Shown in pieces: positions 16,440 through 17,517 of a DNA stretch of 17,517 bases. A program made the position numbers and the translations under genes. Source of the DNA: Candidatus Izemoplasmatales bacterium (lineage in GTDB: Bacteria > Bacillota_I > Bacilli_A > Izemoplasmatales > Hujiaoplasmataceae); the NCBI GenBank assembly GCA_050177605.1, contig JBFXGX010000022.1, positions 12,369-29,885 of the forward strand, written 5' to 3'. The notes beneath the pieces were generated by a model. It worked only from the letters and a program-made list of their open reading frames with translations. It ran no database searches and was not told where the DNA came from. Position 1 is the stretch's first letter. Each line of letters opens with the position of its first letter.

Positions 16440-16470
16440 AAAATGAAAACGGTTTATTTCAACCGTTTCA
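16440..16470 (-). terminator. Intrinsic terminator after the yerC-like gene
   Basis: AAACGGUU-gaaaua-AACCGUUU followed by UCAUUUU. Confidence 0.7.
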
Positions 16471-16472
16471 GA

Positions 16473-16763
16473 TTATTTATTAAGTCTATTTAATATTAAA
16501 CGATACCCATCGGCGCCGTAATGCAGCGATTTATTGACTCTACTTATCGTTGCGGTGGATGCGTGAGTTTCATTTGAAATAATTTGATAAGGTACTTTTT
16601 GATCAAGCATTTTAACAACTTTCATACGTTGTCCCATGTCCTGAATTTCCTTTATTGTGCATAAATCTTCAAAAAAACGATAACATTCTTCTTTATTTTC
16701 AAGTTTTAAAATAGCTTCAAATAATAATTCGATCTCTTCGCTTGCAAATTTGGATTGATACAT
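16473..16763 (-). CDS. yerC: YerC/YecD family TrpR-related regulator (HisR-like)
   Basis: LFEAIL.L...EECYRFFEDLCT..E....QR..V, HTH ASTATISRV, YG.DGY. SD GAGGTG favours ATG 16763. Promoter TTGATA-16 nt-TATAAT at 16811-16784. Confidence 0.92.
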   Translation of the reverse strand: MYQSKFASEEIELLFEAILKLENKEECYRFFEDLCTIKEIQDMGQRMKVVKMLDQKVPYQIISNETHASTATISRVNKSLHYGADGYRLILNRLNK

Positions 16764-16817
16764 GTTCATCACCTCATAAATTCATTATAACATGAAGAGA
16801 CTAAATATCAAAGACAC

Positions 16818-16847
16818 AAAAAAAGAAAGATGCGAGGCATCTTTCTT
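16818..16847 (-). terminator. Intrinsic terminator after glnA
   Basis: AAGAAAGAUGC/GCAUCUUUCUU plus U tract, overlapping the stop codon. Confidence 0.85.
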
Positions 16848-17517
16848 AAATTAATTTCATGTATTTTTTGATTTCCCACTCTGTTACAGTCGTTCTGAAA
16901 TCATCCCACTCTTTTGTTTTTGCTTCAACGAATTTTTCAAAAATATGTTTTCCCATCGCTTCTTGAATTAATTCGTCTTTTTTCAAACAATCAACAGCTT
17001 CTTTTAAGTTTTCTGGAAGGTTATAAACACCTAATGCTGTTCTTTCTTCTGCTGTTTTTTCAAATAGATTTTCATTGATTGGCGCAATTAAGTCCATATC
17101 TTTTTCAATTCCATCAAGCCCAGCAGCTAAAATTACTGCCATTCCTAAGTAAGGGTTCGCTGCGGTATCAACGCTTCTAATTTCAGTTCTAGTCGTTCTT
17201 CCACGAGTTGCTGGAATACGAATCATCACGCTACGGTTATGTTCAGACCAAGAAACATAACAAGGTGCTTCATATCCTGGAACAAGTCTCTTATAAGAGT
17301 TTACTGTAGGGTTGGTTACTGCACAGAATCCACGGCTATGAGTTAAGATTCCTGTTAACCATTTACGGCAAACCAAACTTAATCCCATTGGGTCATTTGG
17401 ATCATAAAAAGCATTGTTTCCATCCATATCTGCTAAAGAACAGTTGGTATGCATTCCAGAACCATTGATTTTCGCAATTGGTTTTGGCATAAATGTGGCA
17501 TGTAATCCATGTCTTCT
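16846..17517 (-). CDS. glnA: Type I glutamine synthetase (3' part; begins beyond the right window edge)
   Basis: RRHGLHATFMPKP..INGSGMH, NPTVNSYKRLVPGYEAP, NRSVMIRIP, EIRSVD..ANPY, VTEWE; frame stays open to the edge. Confidence 0.97.
   Translation of the reverse strand, partial: RRHGLHATFMPKPIAKINGSGMHTNCSLADMDGNNAFYDPNDPMGLSLVCRKWLTGILTHSRGFCAVTNPTVNSYKRLVPGYEAPCYVSWSEHNRSVMIRIPATRGRTTRTEIRSVDTAANPYLGMAVILAAGLDGIEKDMDLIAPINENLFEKTAEERTALGVYNLPENLKEAVDCLKKDELIQEAMGKHIFEKFVEAKTKEWDDFRTTVTEWEIKKYMKLI

Noticed and set aside
1..17517. Mobile elements, CRISPR arrays, tRNA/rRNA genes, defence systems
   Set aside because: No transposase, integrase or cas genes, no regularly spaced repeats and no RNA-gene-sized unexplained gaps were seen. 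The intergenic space is largely explained by promoters, terminators and the T-box.

Overview
AT-rich bacterial chromosomal segment with Firmicutes-type expression signals: sigmaA promoters, (G)AGGTGA Shine-Dalgarno sites, intrinsic terminators, a T-box and genetic code 11. The gene style suggests a free-living Bacilli/Mollicutes-related lineage such as Acholeplasmatales or Izemoplasmatales, which is an inference only. It is mostly housekeeping: a partial MalK/PotA-type ABC ATPase, dnaX-ebfC-recR, mnmE, ttcA, an NfeD-RDD-SPFH operon, marR-ahpD, a lipoprotein metallophosphoesterase, asnS with an Asn T-box, a polar amino-acid ABC binding protein and permease, a YerC/HisR-type regulator and partial glnA. 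No mobile elements, CRISPR arrays, rRNA or tRNA genes were seen. The most unusual item is a stand-alone PTS Enzyme I N-terminal domain (EIN, phospho-His retained, no PEP-binding domain) heading the dnaX-ebfC-recR operon. It is in frame with dnaX and ends in the window's only TGA stop. Also readable in the DNA are a parS site after mnmE, a two-operator MarR promoter, a tandem HisR-like operator over the amino-acid transporter promoter, and a possible AbrB/MraZ-like gene heading the NfeD-RDD-SPFH operon.
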